A stretch of 64,000 bases of DNA from an uncultured archaeon (GTDB lineage Archaea; Asgardarchaeota; Thorarchaeia; Thorarchaeales; Thorarchaeaceae): the NCBI GenBank assembly GCA_964458565.1, contig CAYWJO010000008.1, positions 37,995 to 101,994 of the forward strand. Direction: 5' to 3'. The notes below the pieces were generated by a model. That model worked only from the letters and a program-made list of their open reading frames with translations, did not search any database and was not told the origin of the DNA. Position numbers and translations under genes: made by a program. Shown piece after piece: positions 9,933 to 19,899 of this stretch (its first letter is position 1; the number at the start of each line of letters is the position of its first letter).

Positions 9933-10307
9933 TCAAGTTTCATATTTACTTGGACACTGAACAAGCACTTGATTTGCTCTTATGGTACTTGGAGCTTGAT
10001 ATGTCCCAATAGCGACAATATCTTGATCATCTTGCATTGCCGGAACTTCCCCTGTAAGTATCACAAGAAGTGTATGATTAACTCCATAAATTGTGAATGT
10101 CGTATTTGATGTACTTGTGTCAAGTGAACCTGCCAGATACTTTCCTTTTATCTGAACAGAGTATCCGTCATATAGTTCGGGGTTTTCAACCACTCTGTCA
10201 ACACTGAGGTATGGATCTACAAAGGAGTTCAACATTACAACCGCTACAATTCCAATAGTTGCAATCAAGATGACTGAAACTGCAATTGCGGTGTGTTTCT
10301 TCTTCAA
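9933..10307 (-). CDS. ccmE: Heme chaperone CcmE, System I* CxxxY variant
   Basis: N-terminal TM, OB-fold-like body, C-terminal QCPSKYET; lies downstream of ccmABCD. Confidence 0.9.
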   Translation of the reverse strand: MKKKHTAIAVSVILIATIGIVAVVMLNSFVDPYLSVDRVVENPELYDGYSVQIKGKYLAGSLDTSTSNTTFTIYGVNHTLLVILTGEVPAMQDDQDIVAIGTYQAPSTIRANQVLVQCPSKYET

Positions 10308-10312
10308 TTATC

Positions 10313-10450
10313 TTATTCCTCCTCTTCGGTAGTTATGATTGTCTTGAGTGCTTTGTCAATTCGTTCCATCTTGAGGTAAAGCCAAAGCAAGAATACAAAC
10401 ATTCCTCCCCAGAGGATAGTTGCTACTGTGAATAATTCAGCTTGTTGCAT
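10313..10450 (-). CDS. ccmD: CcmD-like small membrane protein (45 aa; not in the ORF track)
   Basis: MQQAELFTVATILWGGMFVFLLWLYLKMERIDKALKTIITTEEEE: one TM helix plus a charged helix, filling the gap between ccmC and ccmE. Confidence 0.75.
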   Translation of the reverse strand: MQQAELFTVATILWGGMFVFLLWLYLKMERIDKALKTIITTEEEE

Positions 10451-10454
10451 TATA

Positions 10455-11123
10455 CTAACTCCTTGTCATTCTGTACTTCATTAGTTTTTCTTCTGCAGAA
10501 TCCACCAGGTATGTCAAATCCAGCAGTAGAATATAGAGAAGTCCTATTGCTATCATACTAAACATGAGGGTGATTCCGTGTTCCATTCCCATCTGCAGAC
10601 CACTTCCAGTGATGACTTGAGGATGAAGTGTATCCCAGATCTGTATTGAGAAATAACTGAGGATAACAGCTGGAAATGCAATTACTCCAAAAATGGATCC
10701 GAATTGAGCTTGCATTTCTCTGTCATCAACAGATGATCTATAGACTAAAAGACATGCATAGGCTATCCACAGAATCAATGTAGTTGTCTCTCTAGGGTCC
10801 CAATTCCACGGTGTTCCCCAAGTGGCGTTTGCCCACATCATGCCACTAAGTAGTGTAATTGTAGTGAACGCTAAACCGATTTTGATTGAAGCTGCAGAGA
10901 TTACATCATACTTCAAATTACCTTTCCATAGATAAATGACTGAGCATACCAGAGTTACTCCAAATGCCGCATAGGAAACCAGTGCTGGAGCAACATGTTG
11001 GAAAAAGATCCTGATAAGTTCTTCAAGCTCTTTCTCAGGAGGGGCGAATATCCAAGTTGTCCAGAGATAGATCACGCAGAATATTCCGACAATCTCCATG
11101 AATATGAGCCTTTTTGTCAACAC
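10455..11123 (-). CDS. ccmC: Heme exporter CcmC
   Basis: RIFFQHVA, WANATWGTPWNWDPRET (WWD), TLHP. Confidence 0.92.
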   Translation of the reverse strand: MLTKRLIFMEIVGIFCVIYLWTTWIFAPPEKELEELIRIFFQHVAPALVSYAAFGVTLVCSVIYLWKGNLKYDVISAASIKIGLAFTTITLLSGMMWANATWGTPWNWDPRETTTLILWIAYACLLVYRSSVDDREMQAQFGSIFGVIAFPAVILSYFSIQIWDTLHPQVITGSGLQMGMEHGITLMFSMIAIGLLYILLLDLTYLVDSAEEKLMKYRMTRS

Positions 11124-11189
11124 TTGAGATTCCTCTCGAATGGCTGTTCTGAAATCTTTCGGAATATGAAGGTTACGTTATAGTAAATT

Positions 11190-11900
11190 TCAAGGTGAAA
11201 GAGCATAGCTAAATACTCCTGCTGATAGCGTTATCATTGCAACTAAATGTGCTAGTAAAGCTACAAATAGTAACGAGACAGTGAGTCCTGCGGCAATTAC
11301 AACAACCGTTCCGGTGGCCATCACTCGCGTTATTTCAATAAGTAGTATCAACCCTGAGGTTGCTGTTGGGAAATACACTAGAGGGAAGATGGTAGCTTTC
11401 GATTCTGAGGGCATCGTTAATGCAGAAGCCATGGAACCAACCGCAGCCAAGTCAAGTGTTCCAATAATAAGAGTTGCAACGACAAGGAGTGGTTCTTCAC
11501 CAAACATCGTGAATCCAAAGAGTACCTGGATTACAGGAATTATGAAAATCTCTACCAATGACATCAAAACGAACCCGTAGATCACTTTTCCTATATAGAC
11601 TGACCAAGCTGGAATTGGTGCAACTGAGAGACCTCGAAGTGTTCCTGATTCTGATTCTGCGAGGAAGATTGGAGCAAATCCAAACATTCCTGTAAAGAAA
11701 ACAATAACCCAGATGAGTGCAGCTCCAATTGCCGCCTCTCCTCCTAAATCTTCAACAAGAGCAGAGGGAAGTGCAAATGAGAAAGCTAGTCCTGCAATCA
11801 AGGCAAAAAGGAGCATGGAGAAGATCTCAAACTTCTTCCTCACCTGACTCAGAATGTCCTTCTTTGCTATCTTGAGAGCTGCATGAAATCCTGACGCCAT
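11190..11900 (-). CDS. ccmB: Heme exporter permease CcmB
   Basis: 6-TM ABC-2-like permease, KKDI...ESESGTLRGL...GK; lies between ccmA and ccmC. Confidence 0.85.
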   Translation of the reverse strand: MASGFHAALKIAKKDILSQVRKKFEIFSMLLFALIAGLAFSFALPSALVEDLGGEAAIGAALIWVIVFFTGMFGFAPIFLAESESGTLRGLSVAPIPAWSVYIGKVIYGFVLMSLVEIFIIPVIQVLFGFTMFGEEPLLVVATLIIGTLDLAAVGSMASALTMPSESKATIFPLVYFPTATSGLILLIEITRVMATGTVVVIAAGLTVSLLFVALLAHLVAMITLSAGVFSYALSP

Positions 11901-11910
11901 TTATTTCACC

Positions 11911-12600
11911 TCAAAGTACTCCATCAAACTCCGATGCTGGACCAGAACTGAGAACCTCTCCCTTTCTCAGAGTGACATAGTCATCACATAACTCAACCCC
12001 TAACTGGAGATTGTGAGTGGTCAGAATTACTGTGCGAGATTTTCGTATCTCTCCCAGATATTCTTTGAATACTTCAGTTGTGTCCCGGTCAAGGCCTGAA
12101 AATGGCTCATCTAGAAGAAGTAATTCAGGTTCGTGTAATAACGATCTAACGATGTCAAATCGTTTTCGAAGACCAGTTGAAAGAATTTTGACAGGTTCGT
12201 GTAACCAGCTTTTGACTCCGAAAATTTCAGTAAGTTTTGTGGAGTTCACGTTGAGTATTTCTTTACTTAGTCCATATAGTCCAGCATAGAATTCCAAGTT
12301 TTCATATCCCGATAATTCTCCGTAGAGGAGATCCTTGTCTCCTACTATCCCAATGCGCTCACAAACCTCTATCGACTCTTCAATGGGATCGTACCCTAGA
12401 ACACGTATTTTGCCACCATGAGGACGAAGGAGTGTCGAAATGATTCGCATCAGAGTTGTTTTACCTGCACCGTTGGCACCGAAGAGACCGTGGATTCCAT
12501 TTACAGGAAATTTGATGTCTACATTCTTTAGGGCTACTCTGTATCCATATCTCCTAGTAAGTTTGGTTGTTTCGATAGCCTCACTTGACAAATGACTCAC
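11911..12600 (-). CDS. ccmA: ABC ATPase CcmA
   Basis: Walker A GANGAGKTT, LSTG signature, LLLLDEPFSGLD; operon context. Confidence 0.85.
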   Translation of the reverse strand: MSHLSSEAIETTKLTRRYGYRVALKNVDIKFPVNGIHGLFGANGAGKTTLMRIISTLLRPHGGKIRVLGYDPIEESIEVCERIGIVGDKDLLYGELSGYENLEFYAGLYGLSKEILNVNSTKLTEIFGVKSWLHEPVKILSTGLRKRFDIVRSLLHEPELLLLDEPFSGLDRDTTEVFKEYLGEIRKSRTVILTTHNLQLGVELCDDYVTLRKGEVLSSGPASEFDGVL

Positions 12601-12658
12601 CTATTCTCTCATCTCTTGATGCCGTGGTAATCCAGCTACATTGAAGAATGTTGTTCTC

Positions 12659-14389
12659 CTAATGGAATATCTTCCTGAACAGACGCATGAATGGTCCGCC
12701 CATTGTCAGAGTAAATGGCATTGGTACATAGTTTGCTACTTCAACCACTGCTGTGCCTGCAATCAACCCAATGATAACAGCCTGGAAAACTGTCCAGAGG
12801 TCTTTTATCATTAGCCAGCTAACAAATCCTGCTAATAGATCAGGTACAATGAGTCCTGCTACCCATAATCCGATAGGTGCAGCAATCGCGGCCCCAATTA
12901 GTATCAAGAGATTCATTCTCAGTGAAAGACGCATCGGTCCAGGAAATACCGCATGTGGATTCAGCTTACCCTTTGGGTCAGTCTTCTTCTTTAATTCCGC
13001 CATCTGAGCATACCGGTCCTCTCCAAAGTATCTCCGTGAATGTGATACGTTCCACATTCCAATTGAATACGGACGTCCACCATTCTTGAGACCAATATCA
13101 ATGAAGTCCAATGATCTATACCATCCCATCAGGAAGGATATTTTCTTACGTTCATCATCTAGGAACCAGCAAAGAACAGCCACTTGTTTATCGATGTTGA
13201 CAGCTCCTTCAGCTGCAAATCTTTCACCCTTGAAATGTTTCTCAATTTGTTCCAAGAAGAGATCCATCTGGTCCAGAGGAACATACACTTCGGATGGTGC
13301 AACACTTGGTCCAAGCCTTTTCACTCGCATTGGATAAAACCTTTCAGCCCATTCATGATGGGCGATCTCATCAGATTCGATAGTACCTCCATGGTAACTG
13401 ACTATCTTCTTGAAATCCTCCACATCTTGAGTGATTTGCTCGTCGATATCTTCGTATGTACATGAGATTACCCAGGGGCCGGTGGTATCTGGAGCAAGTC
13501 CTAACTCTGCCAGCATTCCGTAGAAAACATCAGTGACAAAGTGAAGATAGAATGGGTTGGTGGTTTCCTTGATGTGCATACAAGCTGCAAGCATCGATTC
13601 CTTGTCCTGAAATGATGCAGCTAGAGGTTTTACTGTCCTTAGTGGAATAATCTTCAAAACAACTTTGGTAATTATACCCAAAGATCCGTTACTATCAATG
13701 AAGAGATCTGTCAGGTTGAATTTCTTTTCAATTTCAGGAGACCAGTAGTATGTGTCATTTCCTGGAAAGTATGTATATTCCTTCTTGATGAGATTATCTA
13801 CAAGTCCTTCGGGAGCATCTGCAGTTCTTATGATTTCTCCATTTGGTAACACGATTTCTAGGTCAACAACTTGTTGTTCAACACCACCATATTTCGTGCT
13901 ACCTATTCCAGTGCCACCTGCAGCTACCCAACCTCCAACAGTTGAAGCTGGTGCACTAGATGGATATGCACATAGAGTTAGGCTTTGTTCCTCAAGAGCT
14001 TCTAGTAGAGTGCTCCAAATTATTCCTGCTCCAACTTCGATTGTCATATTGTTCCTATCGATACTGTGGATTTCATTCATTCGTGTTGTTTCCACAATTA
14101 ATCCGCCTACCGTGGGAATGGCACCTCCATAACCTGACGTACCATGACCCCTAGGAACGATAGGAATCTTATTGGCAAGACAATATTGAATCAGTTTTGA
14201 AACGACTTCCGAGGATGTAGGTTGAGCAACTCCATCAGCTTCTGTGTAGAGCAAATCATTGACAATACCTGGAAGTGAGGCTATGTCATGGGAGTATAAT
14301 TTCCTCATGTAATCGTCAGCTGAGAAGAAGTCTTCACCAACGATATCAGCAATATCTTGTTTTTGATTGTCCTTGAGCATTGTATTCAC
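12659..14389 (-). CDS. FAD-binding oxidoreductase (GlcD fold) with C-terminal transmembrane hairpin
   Basis: PRGHGTSGYGGAIP, STVGGWVA, SNGSLGIIT, EWAERFYPMRVKRLGPS, LNP; two hydrophobic helices at the C-terminus. Confidence 0.9.
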   Translation of the reverse strand: MNTMLKDNQKQDIADIVGEDFFSADDYMRKLYSHDIASLPGIVNDLLYTEADGVAQPTSSEVVSKLIQYCLANKIPIVPRGHGTSGYGGAIPTVGGLIVETTRMNEIHSIDRNNMTIEVGAGIIWSTLLEALEEQSLTLCAYPSSAPASTVGGWVAAGGTGIGSTKYGGVEQQVVDLEIVLPNGEIIRTADAPEGLVDNLIKKEYTYFPGNDTYYWSPEIEKKFNLTDLFIDSNGSLGIITKVVLKIIPLRTVKPLAASFQDKESMLAACMHIKETTNPFYLHFVTDVFYGMLAELGLAPDTTGPWVISCTYEDIDEQITQDVEDFKKIVSYHGGTIESDEIAHHEWAERFYPMRVKRLGPSVAPSEVYVPLDQMDLFLEQIEKHFKGERFAAEGAVNIDKQVAVLCWFLDDERKKISFLMGWYRSLDFIDIGLKNGGRPYSIGMWNVSHSRRYFGEDRYAQMAELKKKTDPKGKLNPHAVFPGPMRLSLRMNLLILIGAAIAAPIGLWVAGLIVPDLLAGFVSWLMIKDLWTVFQAVIIGLIAGTAVVEVANYVPMPFTLTMGGPFMRLFRKIFH

Positions 14390-15573
14390 TACTCCAATCC
14401 TAATGCTTCGGTAACAATTTCTGAGAGATCTTTGAAGACAATCTCTGATTCCATACTTTCAAGACCATCGTTGAATGACATTGTGCAAGACGGGCATTCG
14501 CTTGCTAGGAATTCCGCCCCGGTCTTCTCTGCAGCTTTTAGTCGTCTTTGAGAGATTCTAATAGACATAAGCGGATTTGTACCTTTGAGTAGTCCGCCAC
14601 CACCACAGCAATCTGCTTTATTCCGATTGTGCTTCAACTCCTTCAATTCCAGTCCAGGAATTGCTTTGAGAACTTCACGAGCGGGATCGTAGATATTCTG
14701 ATGGCGACCCAGTTCACATGGGTCATGCCATGCCACCTTGTGATTATAGGGTTTCGTAAACTTGATTTTTCCTTCCTGTATCTTCTTCAAAATAAATTGT
14801 GAGAAACTAAGAAATTCGAATCCTTCAATTGCTGCGTGTCCTAGAAGATGTTCATATTCTTCGGAAAATGCTCGGTGACAACCTGGACAATTGAATACTA
14901 CTGTCTTTACTCCAAGTTTTCTTAGCTTTGAGAGATGGTGCTCTGCTGTTTCTCTTGCTTTTTCAAATTCACCCGCAACAAAGTACGGATTCCCACAGCA
15001 ATATTCTTCCTCTCCTAAAATTGTGAAGTCAAGTCCAAGATGGTTGAATATTTTGATTGTGTTTTCTCCCAGCTTTGCCAAAGTTCCCTTGAATGAGATA
15101 TTGCAACCAGCAAAATACGCTACTTCTGCTTCGACATCAATTCTGTCCTCAACAAGATCATCAATCATGTCAGTCCAGATAGTACGGTCAGATTGGTCAA
15201 GATCCATTATGTTGTGGCTATTCTCAATCGATTGGTCCAAGAATTTCACAGTCTCTGGCCATTCATCTAGATTACCTATTTCATTTCGAATAAGTTGCCA
15301 GAATCTCAGTAGGGGTATGTTTGTCTGACAAATATCTTGACATGCTCCACATAATGTACATTTGAAAATACGGTCTGCGAAATCAGCGGGAATTGGTTTT
15401 CCTTCCTTTATGAGGGATTTCAGTTGATATAACTTCCCTCGCGGTGATTGAGAGTCCCATAAAGTGTCTAAGTATGCTGGGCAGACAAAGGTGCAATATC
15501 CACATCTTGCACATACTGTGGGCTCGATGTCTAGGGTTTCCTTTTTCAGTGCTTCAAAGAGATCGTTTCCCAT
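14389..15573 (-). CDS. GlcF/HdrD-like Fe-S protein (2x4Fe-4S, 2 CCG domains)
   Basis: CARCGYCTFVCP, CTLCGACQDICQ, YCCG...CPGC, HDPCELGR, CCGGGG...CPSC. Confidence 0.92.
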   Translation of the reverse strand: MGNDLFEALKKETLDIEPTVCARCGYCTFVCPAYLDTLWDSQSPRGKLYQLKSLIKEGKPIPADFADRIFKCTLCGACQDICQTNIPLLRFWQLIRNEIGNLDEWPETVKFLDQSIENSHNIMDLDQSDRTIWTDMIDDLVEDRIDVEAEVAYFAGCNISFKGTLAKLGENTIKIFNHLGLDFTILGEEEYCCGNPYFVAGEFEKARETAEHHLSKLRKLGVKTVVFNCPGCHRAFSEEYEHLLGHAAIEGFEFLSFSQFILKKIQEGKIKFTKPYNHKVAWHDPCELGRHQNIYDPAREVLKAIPGLELKELKHNRNKADCCGGGGLLKGTNPLMSIRISQRRLKAAEKTGAEFLASECPSCTMSFNDGLESMESEIVFKDLSEIVTEALGLE

Positions 15574-15594
15574 TTTGTTCTCCTCTTAATTTCT

Positions 15595-16098
15595 TCATGG
15601 CCAAGGTAGACCTATCCAATGGAGTAATGGGTCCAGAATAGATTCTCCATAAACAGCAACACCACCCAAAGCTCCCAGGAAGACCATAAGCATCCCGCCG
15701 ATGATGGCTACAATGCCATAGGTTAAGAATGATACTCTGCCAACCCAGATACGGTCTCCGACTTTGGCACGTACGACTACAAGAAATATGTAAAGCTCTG
15801 TTGCGATGACTGACCAGAGAATCTTGAATCTCATAATTGGATCCGCAATAAGAATATCAACAGGCCAAGCTGGTTCCATAAATCCAGTTACCATTCCTGC
15901 AATTAGACCAATGAGTCCTATTATATTACCCCAGAAAATGAAGATGTCTAGCTCATGGAATATCTTTGCCATTCTTGTGCCGGGTGTTCGAATCGCTTCG
16001 CGGTACATCAATCGAAGCAACAAATTAATCATGACCACAACTGCAACTGCTGCAAGAATTCCTGTATGGAAGTGGACAAATGTTGGATGAATTGCCAT
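15595..16098 (-). CDS. DUF2231-like 4-TM membrane protein, possibly heme b-binding
   Basis: Start reassigned to MAIHPTFVHFHTG (HPxxVHF motif); four TM helices; GALGGVAVYG near the C-terminus. Confidence 0.65.
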   Translation of the reverse strand: MAIHPTFVHFHTGILAAVAVVVMINLLLRLMYREAIRTPGTRMAKIFHELDIFIFWGNIIGLIGLIAGMVTGFMEPAWPVDILIADPIMRFKILWSVIATELYIFLVVVRAKVGDRIWVGRVSFLTYGIVAIIGGMLMVFLGALGGVAVYGESILDPLLHWIGLPWP

Positions 16099-16100
16099 TA

Positions 16101-16694
16101 TTATGCCCTCCTGATGATATAGATTGCTAATATGATCATTATAATCCCAACAAGCGGTATCAGTATAAACATCATTGTGTACCAAATGCTGATGAGTTCA
16201 GCAGGATCAACTGGTTCAGTAGGTGTGAATCCAGTTGTTGCTCCTTCAACATCAACTTCGATATCAACACTATTCGCGTTTGGATATTCTCCACCGACCC
16301 AAATTCTAAGAGTATACTGTCCTCCTACTAAAGGTGTCACTTCTATTTCTACAGAAATTTCGCCTTCTGCAGAATTTGTGTCACCAGCACCATTGTCATG
16401 GACCACTTGTGTGGAATAATCAAACATATCGTTGTCAACAGTACTCCAAGATTTTTCTATACGCAAGAGAATGGCGCCTCCAGTGGCATCTATGGTTACT
16501 GTGAATGGTTCATCAACTGAAGCCGCCACAGTCCCTGTAACATCTGTGTTGATATTGATTGATGCAGCATTATCATGGCATCCTCCACACTCAGCTGTTT
16601 GGGTCAAAGTTGCTGAAACTATATTCGCTCCAGCGGTAACAATAAGAATTGTGCTTAGGAAACCAAAAATAAGAATCATATGGGTTCTCTTCAT
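16101..16694 (-). CDS. Membrane-anchored monoheme cytochrome c with Ig-like domain
   Basis: Signal peptide (start MKRTHM), CGGCH, beta-rich domain with DNGAGDTNSAEG, C-terminal TM and RRA. Confidence 0.75.
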   Translation of the reverse strand: MKRTHMILIFGFLSTILIVTAGANIVSATLTQTAECGGCHDNAASININTDVTGTVAASVDEPFTVTIDATGGAILLRIEKSWSTVDNDMFDYSTQVVHDNGAGDTNSAEGEISVEIEVTPLVGGQYTLRIWVGGEYPNANSVDIEVDVEGATTGFTPTEPVDPAELISIWYTMMFILIPLVGIIMIILAIYIIRRA

Positions 16695-16921
16695 TGTTTC
16701 ACCGTATCCGCATTTTCCATTCAAATTTTACAATTTGAATTTCGATTTGAAACCAAATGAATGATATATGAGCATATCGGAATATTCCTTATTCTCTCAC
16801 ACTGTATAAACAGTTACACTTGGAAGCCAATTAACGTATAAATGGTTTCGAGATATAATTAGCTGATGGAATTAGCTATCCTCTTCTATATATTTTGAAT
16901 AAGAATTTAATCAAATGATTA

Positions 16922-18646
16922 CTATTTGTTCCAAATTCGACCCATTAGACGTAAAAATGGTAGAGCTAATGAAAAAGCCAAATTCAGTGTCATTAAGTGA
17001 GCCATAATGTAACCCAAGATACCTCCCCCGATACTGCCAAGAATAAAAACTGGTATTGGAAAATTTGGTAATATAGGATTCATTAAGAATTCAGTAAGCC
17101 AACTCAATCCTAGTAAAGGTGGACCAAATAGAGCTGCAATCAAAAATACGATTGCTCCTGCGATAAATCCAGCTGCTTGTGTCTTCCTACCTGGAATAAC
17201 TCTTCCACCAAAGACTTTCATTGGATTCATTAGATTATTGGGATCTACTTTCTGTTTCAAACTTCGGAGTGCATAGTATAGATCTTTGCCAAAGAAATCT
17301 TCTGAATATTTGGCATTCCACAATCCTATTGCATATGGCTTACCGCCATAGCGTACAGCTCTGGATGTAATCTCGAAAGGTCGATACCATCCAGCTAGGT
17401 ATGAATACTTGTTTCGCTCATCATCAAGGACCCATGCAAGAAAACCAGTGAAACCATCTTTGCTAATGGTACCTTCCACTGCGAATTTTTCCCACTCGAT
17501 TGAACTTGATATTTCCATATAGAACTCATTTAGATTCTCAAGTGGAATCAGTACTTCAGATGGTACAATGCTGGGACCATATCTCTTTATTCGAAGTGGA
17601 AAAAGCCTTTCTCTCCAATAATAGCTAGCCCGTTCTTCACTTAATATGATTCCTCCTGTTTCTTTCAGAATTATATCAATGAATTCTAAGCTATCATCAT
17701 TTTCGTAAATCGTATTCATCAAAGCTCCAGTCAGAATAAACTCGTTCATTTCAGAATCGTACCCAATGAGTGCTTTGAGTTTTGATGTATAATTATCAGC
17801 AAGAAAGCGAAGATTGAATGGTTTTGCTTTTTCTAGAATCAATATTGCTGCTTTCATCAGAGTCTCCATGTCATGGAATGCACAAGCAAAGGGTCTCAGC
17901 TGCAGCATGGGTACTATCTTGAGAGTAGCTTTTGTGATAAAACCAATCGTTCCATATGTTGCTACTACTGCTTCGAGGAGGTTATCATGTGGAAAATTTT
18001 CTTCTAACCAACTACATTCATTCTCATCTAACGGATCGTTTTCTAACACCAATTTTCCTATTCGAACTATTTTGCCATTGGCTAGCACGACCTCGAGACC
18101 AAGAATCTGATCTGCAATTTCACCAAACATAGCAGAGCCAATTCCAATACCTCCACTAGCTATGAATCCTCCAACAGTTGCAGCAGTTGCACTTGATGGA
18201 TAAACAGGAAGTGTTGATCCCAGCTTTTCTAAAAACATCAATAGTTCTCTGTATATTATACCTCCCTCTACTGTCACAGTAAGTCCAAAATTATCAAGGT
18301 GTAATATCGTTGACATTCGATTGAAATTCACGCATATTCCAGCCTTAGCAGGAATTGCACCTCCCCATCCCGAAGTCCCGCTGCCTCTTGGTACTAAGGG
18401 CATCTTTTTTTCATTCGCGTACAACACAAGCCTCCGAAGAGATTCCACCGTTCTTGGCTGAGCGATTAGATCAAATTTTTTTCTAATTATCTGCTCGGTC
18501 AGACTTGGTAAACTAGCTACATCGTTTTCGTATGCAACGCAAGACTCTCTAATGGTTGAAACTCCATCAGCTCCAACAATGTCTTCTATATGTTGGATCT
18601 CCGTGCTATCTAAATTGACCACTACTCCTTTTCCTCCTTGAGACAC
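16922..18646 (-). CDS. FAD-binding oxidoreductase (GlcD fold) with C-terminal transmembrane hairpin
   Basis: PRGSGTSGWGGAIP, ATVGGFIA, TYGTIGFIT, WRERLFPLRIKRYGPS, MNP; C-terminal TM helices. Confidence 0.9.
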   Translation of the reverse strand: MSQGGKGVVVNLDSTEIQHIEDIVGADGVSTIRESCVAYENDVASLPSLTEQIIRKKFDLIAQPRTVESLRRLVLYANEKKMPLVPRGSGTSGWGGAIPAKAGICVNFNRMSTILHLDNFGLTVTVEGGIIYRELLMFLEKLGSTLPVYPSSATAATVGGFIASGGIGIGSAMFGEIADQILGLEVVLANGKIVRIGKLVLENDPLDENECSWLEENFPHDNLLEAVVATYGTIGFITKATLKIVPMLQLRPFACAFHDMETLMKAAILILEKAKPFNLRFLADNYTSKLKALIGYDSEMNEFILTGALMNTIYENDDSLEFIDIILKETGGIILSEERASYYWRERLFPLRIKRYGPSIVPSEVLIPLENLNEFYMEISSSIEWEKFAVEGTISKDGFTGFLAWVLDDERNKYSYLAGWYRPFEITSRAVRYGGKPYAIGLWNAKYSEDFFGKDLYYALRSLKQKVDPNNLMNPMKVFGGRVIPGRKTQAAGFIAGAIVFLIAALFGPPLLGLSWLTEFLMNPILPNFPIPVFILGSIGGGILGYIMAHLMTLNLAFSLALPFLRLMGRIWNK

Positions 18647-19842
18647 TTAGCAACAAGCTCAGCTAAATCCAACCTGTCTATTGAATAATTGATTGAATTG
18701 AATGCGATATCGAATGCAATCTTGCATCTTGGACACTCAGTCACAAGGAGTGTAGCAGGAGTTACAGATACCTCTCTACATCTTCTCTCTGCAATTCTTG
18801 AAGCCATTAGTGGGTCTACGCTACTCAAGAGGGCATGGTTTCCACAGCACTTTGTTTCCTTCTCTGAAGCCAACATTTCAACATTGTATACTCCCGGGAT
18901 TCTTTCGATAACATCTCTTGGTTCTCGCGTAATCCCTAGTCTTCTGGCGGAAACACAAGGATCATGAAATGTTGCTGTAATCATTGGCTGTTCTTCATAT
19001 TCAAGTCTGCCCTCTGCATTCAACCTGTGTATGAATTGTGAAGTAGTTAAAAGTTCAAATTCCTTAGCAATCGATACTCCAAGAAATTCTCTATAAACGG
19101 TCCGCCAGGTATTGATACAAGAAGGACAACTAAACACAATGGTGTTAACACCCAAATCTCTCATTAAGTCAGTATTCTTATTTGCTAATTCAGGAGCACT
19201 TTCGTAGTCTCCTGTCCATAATAAAGGAGCTCCACAGCAAACTTCCTGCTCTCCTAAAAGAGTAAAGTCAACATCAGCGTGCTGCATGATTTTTACCATT
19301 GATCGCGGTATTCCTTGCACCTGTGCCTTCATAGTAGCGTTGCATCCTGCAAAATATGCAACACTCGCATTTCTCCTGATATGGGGATTCACCATGTCTT
19401 CAATACCTTCTGCCCATATCATACGATTACCTGGTCCCATCCAAAACGGGTCTCCGTATTTCAACATGGAGTCCCGAATTGCCTGAATTGGTGCTGGTAA
19501 GAGTCCTGCTTTAGCCGCTTCAGCTCTGGTGAGTTCCCAGAATCGATCTAATTGTATAGACGTTGTACAAACTGATGAGCAATGTTCACAAAGACTGCAA
19601 AGGAAAATCTTTCTTGCAAATTCTTCATCAAAGTCTGCTTTACCTTCGAAAATTGATTTCATTACGGAAAGCTTACCTCGAGGACCGTATTGCTCCCATT
19701 CCATTTCATTGAACACTGGACAAACCATTGTGCAATTTCCGCATGAAGCACATACATAGGGTTCTGCCTTCTGTCCCTTCATTCGAAGTGCTTCAAAGTC
19801 AGTCATGGAATAGTCCTCGGAGTCATTTGCTACTTTTTTCAC
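18622..19842 (-). CDS. GlcF/HdrD-like Fe-S protein (2x4Fe-4S, 2 CCG domains)
   Basis: CASCGNCTMVCP, CSLCEHCSSVC, VCCG...CPSC, HDPC, KCCG...CPRC; the start may be ATG 19806. Confidence 0.92.
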   Translation of the reverse strand: MKKVANDSEDYSMTDFEALRMKGQKAEPYVCASCGNCTMVCPVFNEMEWEQYGPRGKLSVMKSIFEGKADFDEEFARKIFLCSLCEHCSSVCTTSIQLDRFWELTRAEAAKAGLLPAPIQAIRDSMLKYGDPFWMGPGNRMIWAEGIEDMVNPHIRRNASVAYFAGCNATMKAQVQGIPRSMVKIMQHADVDFTLLGEQEVCCGAPLLWTGDYESAPELANKNTDLMRDLGVNTIVFSCPSCINTWRTVYREFLGVSIAKEFELLTTSQFIHRLNAEGRLEYEEQPMITATFHDPCVSARRLGITREPRDVIERIPGVYNVEMLASEKETKCCGNHALLSSVDPLMASRIAERRCREVSVTPATLLVTECPRCKIAFDIAFNSINYSIDRLDLAELVAKCLKEEKE

Positions 19843-19863
19843 AGGGAGCTTAAAGAAGTCTTG

Positions 19864-19885
19864 GGAGTGCCTGTTATGGCACTCC
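19864..19885. terminator. Intergenic perfect 8-bp stem-loop inside the operon
   Basis: GGAGTGCC-tgttat-GGCACTCC. Confidence 0.5.
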
Positions 19886-19899
19886 TCGTTTCAGAATGA

